64,000 nt of DNA from contig CAWGKR010000004.1 of NCBI GenBank assembly GCA_963823195.1, positions 314,281 to 378,280 of the forward strand, read 5' to 3'. Made by a program: the position numbers and the translations under genes. Shown piece after piece: positions 33,245 to 41,813 of this stretch; position 1 is the stretch's first letter; each line of letters opens with the position of its first letter. Under the pieces are notes generated by a model. The model ran no database searches, was not told the origin of the DNA, and saw only the letters and a list, made by a program, of their open reading frames with translations. The stretch is from an uncultured Acidobacteriota bacterium (GTDB lineage: Bacteria; Acidobacteriota; Vicinamibacteria; Fen-336).

Positions 33245-34447
33245 TCAGTGAAACGCGTACCCCAGAGTGAAGGTCAACGGGATGGACACGCCCGCGTTCC
33301 GTGGAAAGACGTTTCCGTTCGAGTAGTGACCGATATGGATCTCGGCATTGAGATGCCGGTCCTTGCCTGCGTAGACCCCCATCCCCATGAAATCCTGGAA
33401 CGTAAAGTGCCTGCCCGTGTCGTTGCCATCGATGGAAACCCTGGAGATCGACGTTGGCCCGAGCAGGGAGTAGTTGAAATAGAGGTCGGCGCCCCCCAGG
33501 CGAAGCGGAGTGAACCTGAACTCGGGGAACAGGGACGCGGTGTAGAAGGTCGCTCTCTCCGAGCGGCTCTTCCAATAGGACACGCTCGCACCCCAGTCCA
33601 ACGAGAATACCTTCCGGGTATGGAACAGGTTGCGTTGGTAGCGGACCGCAACGCCATGCTTCACCTGCGCGAGGCCCCCCCAGAAGATCGGCACGACGCC
33701 TCCCGACACGACGTGATTGACTTCGTAGCCGCCGCCGTCCGTCGAGTAGCCCACCTGCACGAGACTCCTTGGAAAGGCGAAGCCCGATCCCGAGTTCTCG
33801 GCGACATGTTCCTCCGACAGAGGTCGCATGTTGTGCGTGAAGCCACCCGTGAGCATGAGGGTGTGCGGCTGCTTCGCCGCCGAGTTGGCGGGGGAATAGG
33901 TTGCGCTCAGCCCGAGGTCCCACGACCGGTTCAAACGGTATCTCAACCCGCCCCCGAGCAGCGCCGCCCAATAGTTGGCGTCCTTGACGACCGGGATGTC
34001 GTTCGTCTCGAATCCGTGCCGGGTGACGATGCCCAGGCCGCCTTCGCCGTCGACCGACAGGCGTCCTGCGAGCGGCACGGTCCCTCGGAAGGTCAGTCCG
34101 ACGAGGTTCATCCAAACCGAACGATCAGCGGGCACCCCATTGACGCTCTGGTATTTCACCCACTGCACGGGGCGCATGTAGCTCAGTTGCGCAGCCACGT
34201 GCTCGCTGAACCGAAAACCAAGAAGGACGAGACGCGCGGCCGCATGGGGAACGCGAACGGACTCGACCCGGAATCCAGGCTCCAACTGGCGCGCCGAAAA
34301 CGGATAATCGATGTAGCCGATCCCCACGTCAAAATAGGAATTTGCCAGGAAGGGAGGGTATTGGGTCCGTTCGTCCTCGGCAGTGCCTGGGTCGCACTGC
34401 AACAGAAGACACAGGGCAACGACGGCGAACGACAGGCCGGATCTCAT
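33245..34447 (-). CDS. outer-membrane beta-barrel protein (family uncertain)
   Basis: Signal peptide MRSGLSFAVVALCLLLQCDPGTAED. Alternating amphipathic beta-strands throughout. C-terminal ...IPLTFTLGYAFH. Start taken at the internal ATG at 34447. Confidence 0.55.
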   Translation of the reverse strand: MRSGLSFAVVALCLLLQCDPGTAEDERTQYPPFLANSYFDVGIGYIDYPFSARQLEPGFRVESVRVPHAAARLVLLGFRFSEHVAAQLSYMRPVQWVKYQSVNGVPADRSVWMNLVGLTFRGTVPLAGRLSVDGEGGLGIVTRHGFETNDIPVVKDANYWAALLGGGLRYRLNRSWDLGLSATYSPANSAAKQPHTLMLTGGFTHNMRPLSEEHVAENSGSGFAFPRSLVQVGYSTDGGGYEVNHVVSGGVVPIFWGGLAQVKHGVAVRYQRNLFHTRKVFSLDWGASVSYWKSRSERATFYTASLFPEFRFTPLRLGGADLYFNYSLLGPTSISRVSIDGNDTGRHFTFQDFMGMGVYAGKDRHLNAEIHIGHYSNGNVFPRNAGVSIPLTFTLGYAFH

Positions 34448-34499
34448 CCGGCGGTAGGCCTGATGAGGTCCGTTGTCATTGCCGGTTTCTCCTCTGTCG

Positions 34500-35499
34500 C
34501 TATTCCTCGGGCACAACTCGTTTCCAGGTCTTGTCCGGGTTGTAGCGCTCCATCGTCTTCAAGGCGCTCAGGGTCTCGTCGCCGAGGTCCTTCTCGTAGA
34601 CGACGCCGTCGTGGCTGACGATGAAGGTCTTCACGCCGGTGACGAGGTACTCCGCCGGGACCGCAATCAACGCGAAACCGCCGATCATCACGCCCTTGAC
34701 GACGAAGTCCATCTCGCCCAGCGGCGCCGCCGGCCCCTGGCCCTTGAGGACCTTGAAGAAGTAGCCGTGGTAGGGCGTCGCCTTGTCCGTGTAGCCGAGC
34801 TCGATGATCCGGGCGATGTCCTCGCCAACGGGCCCTTCCCATGTTCCGTCCGCGTTACGCCAGGCCAGGCCGTCCTGCTTTCCCGGTGCGCTGATGATGC
34901 GCTGCGCGTACTGGTTCACCTCGGAACCGTCCCGCTTGAGGAGCGCGTACTCGTGCTGCGCCTCGACGTACCCGTGGCAGATCTGGATGGCGTCCAGCTC
35001 GTTCGTCGCCGATCCGACGGTAGAGGATCTCCTGCCGGCCCGCCTTCGAGTCGAAGTGCCACGTCCCGTTCTTGCGGACGATCGGGATGGGGAGCGGCCA
35101 GTCCTCGTTCCCGACCGAGACGATCGCGCGGTTGGGGTCCTTCGGGTCCGGGTCGACGGTGAGCTTTTCGCGAGCCTTTGCCGCGAAGGCCGTGGCGGCG
35201 TCCCGGTCCTTCACGGGCTCCCCGGTCACGACGAGATCCTCGCCGTCCGGTCCGAGGATCGCCTTCATGGCCGGCGCGTCGAAGCTCTCCGACGCCGAGA
35301 CGAGGGCCTCGGCGGCCTCGCGGGCCGTGGCGAACGTCTTCTGCGCGGCGGCGGGGGCCGGGACCGGCTTCTCTTGCGCCCCGGCGCCGGCAGAGACGGT
35401 CAGGGCGAGCACCCCGACGGCGACGCAGAGGAGGTGAAGCGAACGAACGCGGCTCGAGCGGTCGAGGGTCGATCTCATTTCTCGGCTCCAGGTCATCAT
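34500..35499 (-). CDS. DUF2950 family secreted protein; one frameshift near 34890
   Basis: Signal peptide then ...FATAREAAEALVSASESFDAPAMKAILGPDGEDLV...WPLPIPIVRKNGTWHFDSKAGRQEILYRRIG, continuing as NQYAQRIISAPGKQDGLAWRNADGTWEGPVGEDIAR...YHGYFFKVLKGQGPAAPLGEMDFVVKGVMIGGFALIAVPAEYLVTGVKTFIVSHDGVVYEKDLG. Confidence 0.7.
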
Positions 35500-35502
35500 C
35501 GT

Positions 35503-36806
35503 CTACCTCCGGCGCCCGCCGCCGCCTCGGGATCCGCCCCGGGAGCCTGCGCTCGAGGCGCCCCGCGAGCTGCTCGCCCGGGCACTCTGGCCGCTGTAGT
35601 TGCGGGACCCGCCGCTCAGGGCGCTGGAGCCCGATCCGCTGCCCCTCGAGACGTCCCGGCTCCCGATCCGGTCGCCGCCTCCAGCTCCACTCCCGCTCCC
35701 GCGACTGCTCTGGGTGGACGCCGATGGGCTCGTGCTCCGGGCTCCGATCGGTCGCTCGCGGCGGCCCCGCTCCGGGCGCCGCTCCCCGCCGACTGGGTGC
35801 TCGCTCCCGCGCCGCCGGCGGCTGCGTCCCCTGCGTCCTCGCGCTCGTCTGGCTCCCGCGGGCCGTCCCGCCGTACTTGTTCGCGGTCGACCGGTTCGCA
35901 TACGGGGCGCCGCCGCGGTGCTGGGGATTGTGGTTCCAGTTCGTGTTCCCGCCGCGATTGACGTTCGTGTTCCGATTGATGTTCGCGTTCCGGTTGAAGT
36001 TGTTGTTGATGTTGACGTTGATGTTGTTGCTGCCCCAGCCGCAGCCATAGCCCCAGCCGCCGTGCCCCCACGCGGCACCGATGGCCATGCCGACGCCGAA
36101 CGAGATCATGCTGGCCGCGAAGACCGATCCCGGCGGAGGCGGGGGCGGATAGTAGATCGGCGGGTACATGTAGACGGGCGGGCCGTAGACGACGACCGGG
36201 TTGTAGGAGGGAACGTAGACGACCTCGGGGTTCGCCTGCTGGACGACGATCACCGTCTTCTGCTCGACGACCTTCGTCTCGACCTTCTGCTGCTCGGTCG
36301 TCTTGAGCGCGCCGGTCCCCTCGGCCTTCTTGCGCATCCGCTGGACCGCGTCCATGACATCGCTCTGCTGGGCGAGGAAGGCGTTGCCGAGACTGGTGGT
36401 CCACTGGATGTCGTCCCCCAGGCGCTTGACGACGTCCGGGCAGCGCCGCCATCCCCTGGATGCTGGGGTCCCACGGCTGCTTCGCGACGGCGTCCGTCAG
36501 GGCCTTGTCCTTCAGGCTCGGGTTCTTCGCGAGCCACTGCTGGAGCTGGACGATCTCGAGCGGGTACGTGGACGCCACGAGGATCTGCCCGAGGAGCTCG
36601 TCCGGATAGAGGGCGATTGGCGCCACCAGGGCGTCGAGCTGCTCGGGCGGTAGCTTCGCCTCCTTCGCTTCGGCCTGCGCCGTGGCGGGCGGCGGCGCAG
36701 CCTGAGCGAAGAGCGCCGTTTCGCCGGGGGCGAGCAGGGCCGCGCAGACGATGGCTACGAGGCCTCGGCTGGCTCGGCTCGAGATGTCGGATCGGCTTCG
36801 TGACAT
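35503..36806 (-). CDS. DUF3300 family protein with Asn-rich low-complexity region and Ser/Gly/Arg-rich tail; about 2 frameshifts
   Basis: AGGAG Shine-Dalgarno sequence. MSRSRSDISSRASRGLVAIVCAALL (signal) ...LDALVAPIALYPDELLGQILVASTYPLEIVQLQQWLAKNPSLKDKALTDAVAKQPWDPSIQGMAA (DUF3300 core), continuing as ...MDAVQRMRKKAEG...YPPIYYPPPPPP...GWGSNNINVNINNNFNRNANINRNTNVNRGGNTNWNHNPQ. Confidence 0.7.
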
Positions 36807-36920
36807 GGCGCTCAGCTCCTTGGCTCGACGAAGTATGACAGAACCGGGCCGGCGGCGTAGATCGTCGTCGGGAGTAGGATTCACCCGTAGACGAAGGCGC
36901 ACGCAGCCCAGAGGTGGGGC

Positions 36921-37421
36921 ATGAAGCGGTTTCTCACGTCGTCGGCAATCATTCTGCTGACCGCCTGCGGTGGCAGCAGCACAGGCCCGAGCGCGATGGT
37001 GGGGGTCACTCTGGTCAGCGCTGACCCTCCGCCCGGCAGCACGATCCCTGCGGTGGCGGACGCAACGTTCGGGACCACTGCGCCGATCAAGATGACGTTT
37101 TCGATCGTCTCGGACAAGGACATTCCCGATCCATTTCCGGATGTTGAATGGGTCGGTGGCGGAGCGATCTGTGGGACAACCATCGACGACGATGGCGGTG
37201 GCTGGTCGGCGACCCTGAAGGCTGGTGAGCCACGGACCTTGATGGTCCATCATGTTGGCCTTGTAAGCAGCGGGCCGCTCGCTTGCCCGTGGCCCGTGGT
37301 CACCTCGGTGGTTCGCGTTCGAGTGCAGCAGTTCTGCCTCTCTGGCTGCACCGCAAACGAGCCCACCTTCGTGAGGGAACTTCCGGTCAGTTACAAGTTC
37401 CTCGCCCCGGCTCCCCAGTAG
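36921..37421 (+). CDS. hypothetical lipoprotein (lipobox LLTAC-G); atypical codon usage
   Basis: MKRFLTSSAIILLTACGGSS. Its GC3 is visibly lower than neighbouring genes (ttt, att, ggt, act, gat, cat codons are frequent). Confidence 0.55.
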   Translation: MKRFLTSSAIILLTACGGSSTGPSAMVGVTLVSADPPPGSTIPAVADATFGTTAPIKMTFSIVSDKDIPDPFPDVEWVGGGAICGTTIDDDGGGWSATLKAGEPRTLMVHHVGLVSSGPLACPWPVVTSVVRVRVQQFCLSGCTANEPTFVRELPVSYKFLAPAPQ

Positions 37422-37442
37422 CCACTGGGCCCTGCACTCCCC

Positions 37443-37721
37443 CTAGCCCTCGGCGGGGAGCACGTGATACCTGGCGGGCAGGTCGTGGGTCTCGATGTGA
37501 CCCTGACAGGCGGGCTCTTGTCCGTCGATCTGCCGCGCATGGCCATCAGGCGTTCGCGGGCAGTCGATCCGGACCGTGGGGTGCTCGAGCGGATCCGCCT
37601 CGTCGAAGGCGACCACGAACCTCAGCTGACACATGGGGCACGTGTAACGCCGCCGTACCTCGCTCATCTTCCGGAGTATATCTACCAGGCGGGGCAAGCT
37701 GGTACACTCCTTGGTAACCAA
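37443..37721 (-). CDS. small Cys-containing hypothetical protein (possible zinc-ribbon, CPMC...C...C); start may be the internal Met (MSEVRRRY, about 37667)
   Basis: GC3 is about 78% in this frame. Motif RRRYTCPMCQLRFVVAF...IDCPRTPDGHARQIDGQEPACQGH. An alternative overlapping plus-strand ORF 37464..37757 (GC3 about 70%) has a TGA overlapping the GTG of the downstream GGDEF-EAL gene (GTGA). Confidence 0.3.
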   Translation of the reverse strand: MVTKECTSLPRLVDILRKMSEVRRRYTCPMCQLRFVVAFDEADPLEHPTVRIDCPRTPDGHARQIDGQEPACQGHIETHDLPARYHVLPAEG

Positions 37722-37753
37722 AGGACTGCAAGGGGCTGCATGGACCGCCAGCG

Positions 37754-40489
37754 GTGAAGCTACGCGCGAAGACGGGTCTCATCGTGGCGGCCACTCTGGC
37801 TGGCCTCACGTTGCTGCTCCTCGTCGCGGCGCGGGTTCTGGTGATGGCGAGCTTCGACGGCGTCGAGGCGGACGCCATGCGAGAGAACATCGACCGCGCG
37901 AGCCGGGCCCTCTTCGAGGACGTGACGGACCTCGAGCACACCACACACGACTACGCGGCGTGGGACGAAACGTATCGCTTCGTCGAGGACCGGCATCCGG
38001 AGTACCTGGGTCAGCTTCCCACCGAAAGCCAGACCCAGGTTCTCGCTCGGGTCATTGCACTCCTCGATCTCCAGGGGGGGATGCTGCATCAACGCTTGCT
38101 GGACGTCGAAGCCAAGCAGCATTTGCCCGCGCCCACCGAAACGATCACCCCCCTCGTGGACCCGCGGTTGCTCGTCCACGACCCCGCGGTCCGTCGCGGC
38201 CGATCGGGAATCGTCCTCCTTCCCGACGGCGTCTGGCTGGTGGCCGCATGGCCGATCCTGGACCACCACGAGACGAAGCCGGCCCGGGGAACGCTGGTCA
38301 TGGCTCGCCCCCTCGATGCCCCGGCCGTGCGCCGACTCGCCGAGACGACGCGCCTCGACATCGAGGTCGGGCGCCTGGACGAGCGAGGGACCGGTTCCGG
38401 GAGCGCGGGGAGCGGCCCCACCGTGACCGCGCTGTCGGACGAGACGATCGTTGGCCAATCGGTTCTGAGCGACGTGTACGGAGCTCGAGCTCTGCTGCTC
38501 AAGGTCCGCATGGCGAGGGTCATCCATCAGCGGGCCCTCGTCACCCTCGACTACGTCAAGATCGCCCTGGCCGTCGTGGGCGTCGTGTTCGGCGCATCCA
38601 TGCTCGGCCTCATCCAGTCGGTCGTCCTGACGCGCCTGCAGAAGCTGGCCGCGAGCCTCGAGGCGATTCACCTCGAGAAGGACCTGGCGAAACGGGTCGA
38701 GGTGGCGGGTCACGACGAGATCGCCGAGCTGGGTGCATCGGTGAACGACCTCCTGGGGACCATCGACGGCTCCCAGCGGGCTCTCCGGGAGAGCGAGGAG
38801 CGCTACGCTCTGGCTGCCCGCGCGGCCAACGACGGGCTCTGGGACTGGAACGTCCAGGCGGGGGAGATCTACTTCTCCCCGCGCTGGAAGGCCATGCTGG
38901 GCCATGCCGAGGACGAGATCGGGTCCCGCCCCGAGGAGTGGATGGACCGCGTTCACCCGGACGACCTGGGCGCGCTCCGCGACGCCCTCGACGCCGCCGC
39001 CCGCGGGTCGCATTCGGAGCACGAGCACCGCATCCGCAACAAGTCGGGGGAGTACCTGCACGTCCTCGCCCGCTGGGTCGCCACCCAGGATCCGGAGGGT
39101 TCGGTCACTCGGCGCGTCGGGTCCCTGAGCGACGTCTCGAAGCGTCGCGCGGCAGAGGATCGCCTTCGCCACGAGGCGCTCTACGACGGCCTGACGGGAT
39201 TGCCCAATCGGGCCCTCCTACTGGATCGTCTGCGGCAGTCTCTCGCCCGCAGCAAGCGCCATCCCGAGCTCCGGTGCGGCCTGCTCTTCCTGGACGTGGA
39301 TCGCTTCAAGTTCGTGAACGACAGCCTCGGCCACAGCGTCGGGGACGAGCTGCTGCGCGAGGTCGCCCGGCGCATCGAACGCTGCGTCCGCCCAGAGGAC
39401 ACGGTGGCGAGGCTCGGCGGCGACGAGTTCACGGTCCTCCTCGAGAACGTCCCCGGGGCCGCGGACGCCAACCACGCGGCGGAGCGCATCCAGAAAGAGG
39501 TCGGCAGCGTGTTCCGGTTGGGGGAGATCGAGGTCTTCGCAACCGTGAGCATCGGCATCGCCATCAGCACCCCCGAGTACAAGAACCCCGAAGAGCTGAT
39601 CCGGGACGCGGATACCGCGATGTACCGCGCGAAGGCGGGCGGGAAGGCCCGCCACGAGATCTTCGACAACCGCATGCACGCCCAGGCCAAGGCCATCCTC
39701 CAGATGGAGAGCGACCTCCGGCGGGCGCTGGATCGCGGCGAGTTCGAGGTCTACTACCAGCCGATCGTGCACCTCGAGAAGCCGGACATCGTGGGGTTCG
39801 AGGCGCTCGTTCGCTGGCACCATCCCGCCAAGGGGCTCGTGCTGCCCGGAGAGTTCATCCCCCTCTCCGAGGAGACCGGGCTCATCGTGCCGCTCGGGAG
39901 ATGGGTCCTGGAGCAGGCGTGCCGCGACATGCGCGCGTGGCAGGACGACTTCCCGCGCCCGCGGCCCCTGGCGCTGAGCGTCAACCTCTCGGCGCGCCAG
40001 CTCGTGGAGCCGACCCTCGTCGAAGCCGTGGAGACCATACTGAGGCGCACCGGCTTCCCGGGCACCCAGCTCCACCTCGAGGTCACCGAGAGCGTGATCA
40101 TGCAGCAGCCGAAGCTCTTCACGGTCGTTCTCGGGCAGCTCAAGGAGCTCGGCCTCCACATCAGCATCGACGACTTCGGGACCGGCTACTCGTCCCTGAG
40201 CTACCTGCACCTGTTCCCCGTCGACGCGCTGAAGATCGATCGGTCTTTCGTCAGCTCCATGCAATCCCTCGACAAGCAGAAGCGCATCGTCGAGACCATC
40301 GTGCTGCTGGCGCGCAACCTGGGGATCGACGTGATCGCGGAAGGCGTCGAGGGAGACGACCAGCACCAGGCTCTCCGCAGCCTCGGGTGCGAGCTGGCGC
40401 AGGGCTTCCATTTCTCCAGGCCCGTCGCCGCTCCGAGCGCGCGCCGCATGGTGGAGTCGGGGCTCGTCGCCGGCGGATTCGGGCTCTGA
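37754..40489 (+). CDS. membrane-anchored sensor diguanylate cyclase/phosphodiesterase: TM - periplasmic sensor (CHASE-like) - TM - HAMP - PAS - GGDEF - EAL
   Basis: GTG start. Two TM helices flank a periplasmic region of about 230 aa. HAMP region (LQKLAASLEAIHLEKDLAKRVEV...). PAS (ERYALAARAANDGLWDWNVQAGEIYFSPRW). Intact GGDEF (ARLGGDEFTVLL) and EAL (FEALVRW...DDFGTGYSSLSYL...DVIAEGVE). No frameshift. Confidence 0.9.
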   Translation: MKLRAKTGLIVAATLAGLTLLLLVAARVLVMASFDGVEADAMRENIDRASRALFEDVTDLEHTTHDYAAWDETYRFVEDRHPEYLGQLPTESQTQVLARVIALLDLQGGMLHQRLLDVEAKQHLPAPTETITPLVDPRLLVHDPAVRRGRSGIVLLPDGVWLVAAWPILDHHETKPARGTLVMARPLDAPAVRRLAETTRLDIEVGRLDERGTGSGSAGSGPTVTALSDETIVGQSVLSDVYGARALLLKVRMARVIHQRALVTLDYVKIALAVVGVVFGASMLGLIQSVVLTRLQKLAASLEAIHLEKDLAKRVEVAGHDEIAELGASVNDLLGTIDGSQRALRESEERYALAARAANDGLWDWNVQAGEIYFSPRWKAMLGHAEDEIGSRPEEWMDRVHPDDLGALRDALDAAARGSHSEHEHRIRNKSGEYLHVLARWVATQDPEGSVTRRVGSLSDVSKRRAAEDRLRHEALYDGLTGLPNRALLLDRLRQSLARSKRHPELRCGLLFLDVDRFKFVNDSLGHSVGDELLREVARRIERCVRPEDTVARLGGDEFTVLLENVPGAADANHAAERIQKEVGSVFRLGEIEVFATVSIGIAISTPEYKNPEELIRDADTAMYRAKAGGKARHEIFDNRMHAQAKAILQMESDLRRALDRGEFEVYYQPIVHLEKPDIVGFEALVRWHHPAKGLVLPGEFIPLSEETGLIVPLGRWVLEQACRDMRAWQDDFPRPRPLALSVNLSARQLVEPTLVEAVETILRRTGFPGTQLHLEVTESVIMQQPKLFTVVLGQLKELGLHISIDDFGTGYSSLSYLHLFPVDALKIDRSFVSSMQSLDKQKRIVETIVLLARNLGIDVIAEGVEGDDQHQALRSLGCELAQGFHFSRPVAAPSARRMVESGLVAGGFGL

Positions 40490-40694
40490 GCCGGGCGATG
40501 TTGAATGGCGGATAACAGGGCGTTGTGTTTCCGCTTCATTTCCGCCGAGGCGGGCACGCGACCGCGGGTGCTAACTCAAATCCAGACAGCATGTTATGGC
40601 ATACACCCGAACCTGGCATCGGTCCTGCTCTAGACAGGGCGACGGGTGCCGGAGGATTACGGCGGTAAGCGCCGCCGGACCTTCGGTACTACCT

Positions 40695-40737
40695 GGAGCG
40701 CCCGGTTCGGTTTGGAGGGAGCCGTGCCGGGCGCTCC
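40695..40737. other. perfect 11-bp inverted repeat (GGAGCGCCCGG ... CCGGGCGCTCC) with 21-nt spacer; candidate RNA hairpin or operator in a long spacer
   Basis: Read directly from the sequence. Neighbouring small hairpins: GGCGGtaagcgCCGCC and a CCUUCGG tetraloop-like element at 40660-40690. Confidence 0.4.
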
Positions 40738-40761
40738 CAGGATTTTCCCTGTGCAACGGGG

Positions 40762-40974
40762 GTGCCCATGCCGAGAGCGACCAGTTACCGCCGGCAGGAG
40801 ATCCGTCACCTCCGTCGGCTCGTGCGACGCTCGATGAGCATGCTCGTGCTCGATGAGGATCTCGTCTCTCCGGACGACAGCTGGGCCGAACCCTCGTTCG
40901 TCGAGACCACGTCCGAGCGTGACATCCAGGACTGGTTCTTGACCCTCGCTCCGGACAACTCCAAGGATCACTGA
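40762..40974 (+). CDS. small hypothetical acidic protein (70 aa), family unknown
   Basis: GC3 is about 85% in this frame only (the antisense ORF 40657..40971 shows no such bias). GGGGGTG precedes the ATG. It lies in an otherwise non-coding 660-bp spacer between convergent genes. Confidence 0.4.
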   Translation: MPMPRATSYRRQEIRHLRRLVRRSMSMLVLDEDLVSPDDSWAEPSFVETTSERDIQDWFLTLAPDNSKDH

Positions 40975-41153
40975 GCCGACCCGCCGCGCCTCGCCGTGGG
41001 TGTGTGCATTCTCTCCGCGCGAGACCTGAAAGCGTTTTCGGAAGGCTTGGATTCACGAACCAGCGGCGCTCGCGGAGCGCGGCACTTCACGCCGCTGGAA
41101 CGCCATCCAATCTCTTGGTGAGCCGGGTTGGGATTCGACGGCCGGTGAAGCGG

Positions 41154-41489
41154 CTAGCGCTCCGCGCGAAAGACCTGGAAATCGCAGCGCTCCGCTTCCA
41201 GCAGCTCCTCCAGCGAGGCGTTGATGGCCTCTGCCGTGCGGCTCCGCATCTGGAAGACGTCGAACGACGCCCGCGTACTTTCGTTGGGAAACACCAGTGT
41301 TTCGATGAATCGCCCGGGCCGCGCCGGATCCTCGCTCACCGAACGCCTTCCGCGAGTGAGCAGGAGGGGCTCCAGGGCCTCTCCGAGCGCGGCGAGGAGG
41401 CCGGCGACTTCCGCACGCCGACCCGGCGCTGCGTGATAGGTGATCACCACGCGCACCGGAGCTTCGCTGATCGTCGCAGGCGCTTGCAT
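41154..41489 (-). CDS. ABM-like (antibiotic-biosynthesis-monooxygenase fold) small protein, 111 aa
   Basis: MQAPATISEAPVRVVITYHAAPGRRAEVAGLLAALGEALEPLL...PGRFIETLVFPNESTRASFDVFQMRSRTAEA. Dimeric alpha+beta barrel pattern. Start taken at the internal ATG of the longer listed ORF. Confidence 0.5.
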   Translation of the reverse strand: MQAPATISEAPVRVVITYHAAPGRRAEVAGLLAALGEALEPLLLTRGRRSVSEDPARPGRFIETLVFPNESTRASFDVFQMRSRTAEAINASLEELLEAERCDFQVFRAER

Positions 41490-41813
41490 GCTCGGGACAC
41501 AGCAATCCGGGTGCCAGGAAATTCGGCGCCGCGGGTGGAAGAGCGGGCACCGCAGTCTCGATCGACGCCGGACGGACCCGGGCTGTGACCTACGTATCCG
41601 ATTCGCGTCGTGGCTCGAAGACCTCGACGCAATCGGTAAGCTGCTTTCACCGAGCGTAATTCGGCCGCCGACAGGTTGTCGCATTTCCAGGGTTTGGCTC
41701 GCCTCCGAGGTTGGCACCCGAGTTGCCCGGTCCCCCTGCGGATCGCCAGCGGACGACAGAGACCCGCATCGCGGGTCTGCGGCGGTCTTCATGGAAATTG
41801 CGAGGTCGAGCTT

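Noticed and set aside
41107-41150. tmRNA-like 5' motif (GGGTTGGGATTCGACGGCCGG, resembling GGAUUCGACGGG)
   Set aside because: No matching 3' tRNA-like end (T-arm plus acceptor complement plus CCA) was found on either strand. A tmRNA body would also overlap the ABM-like CDS with strong coding signal. Kept only as a remark within the 40490-41153 spacer finding.
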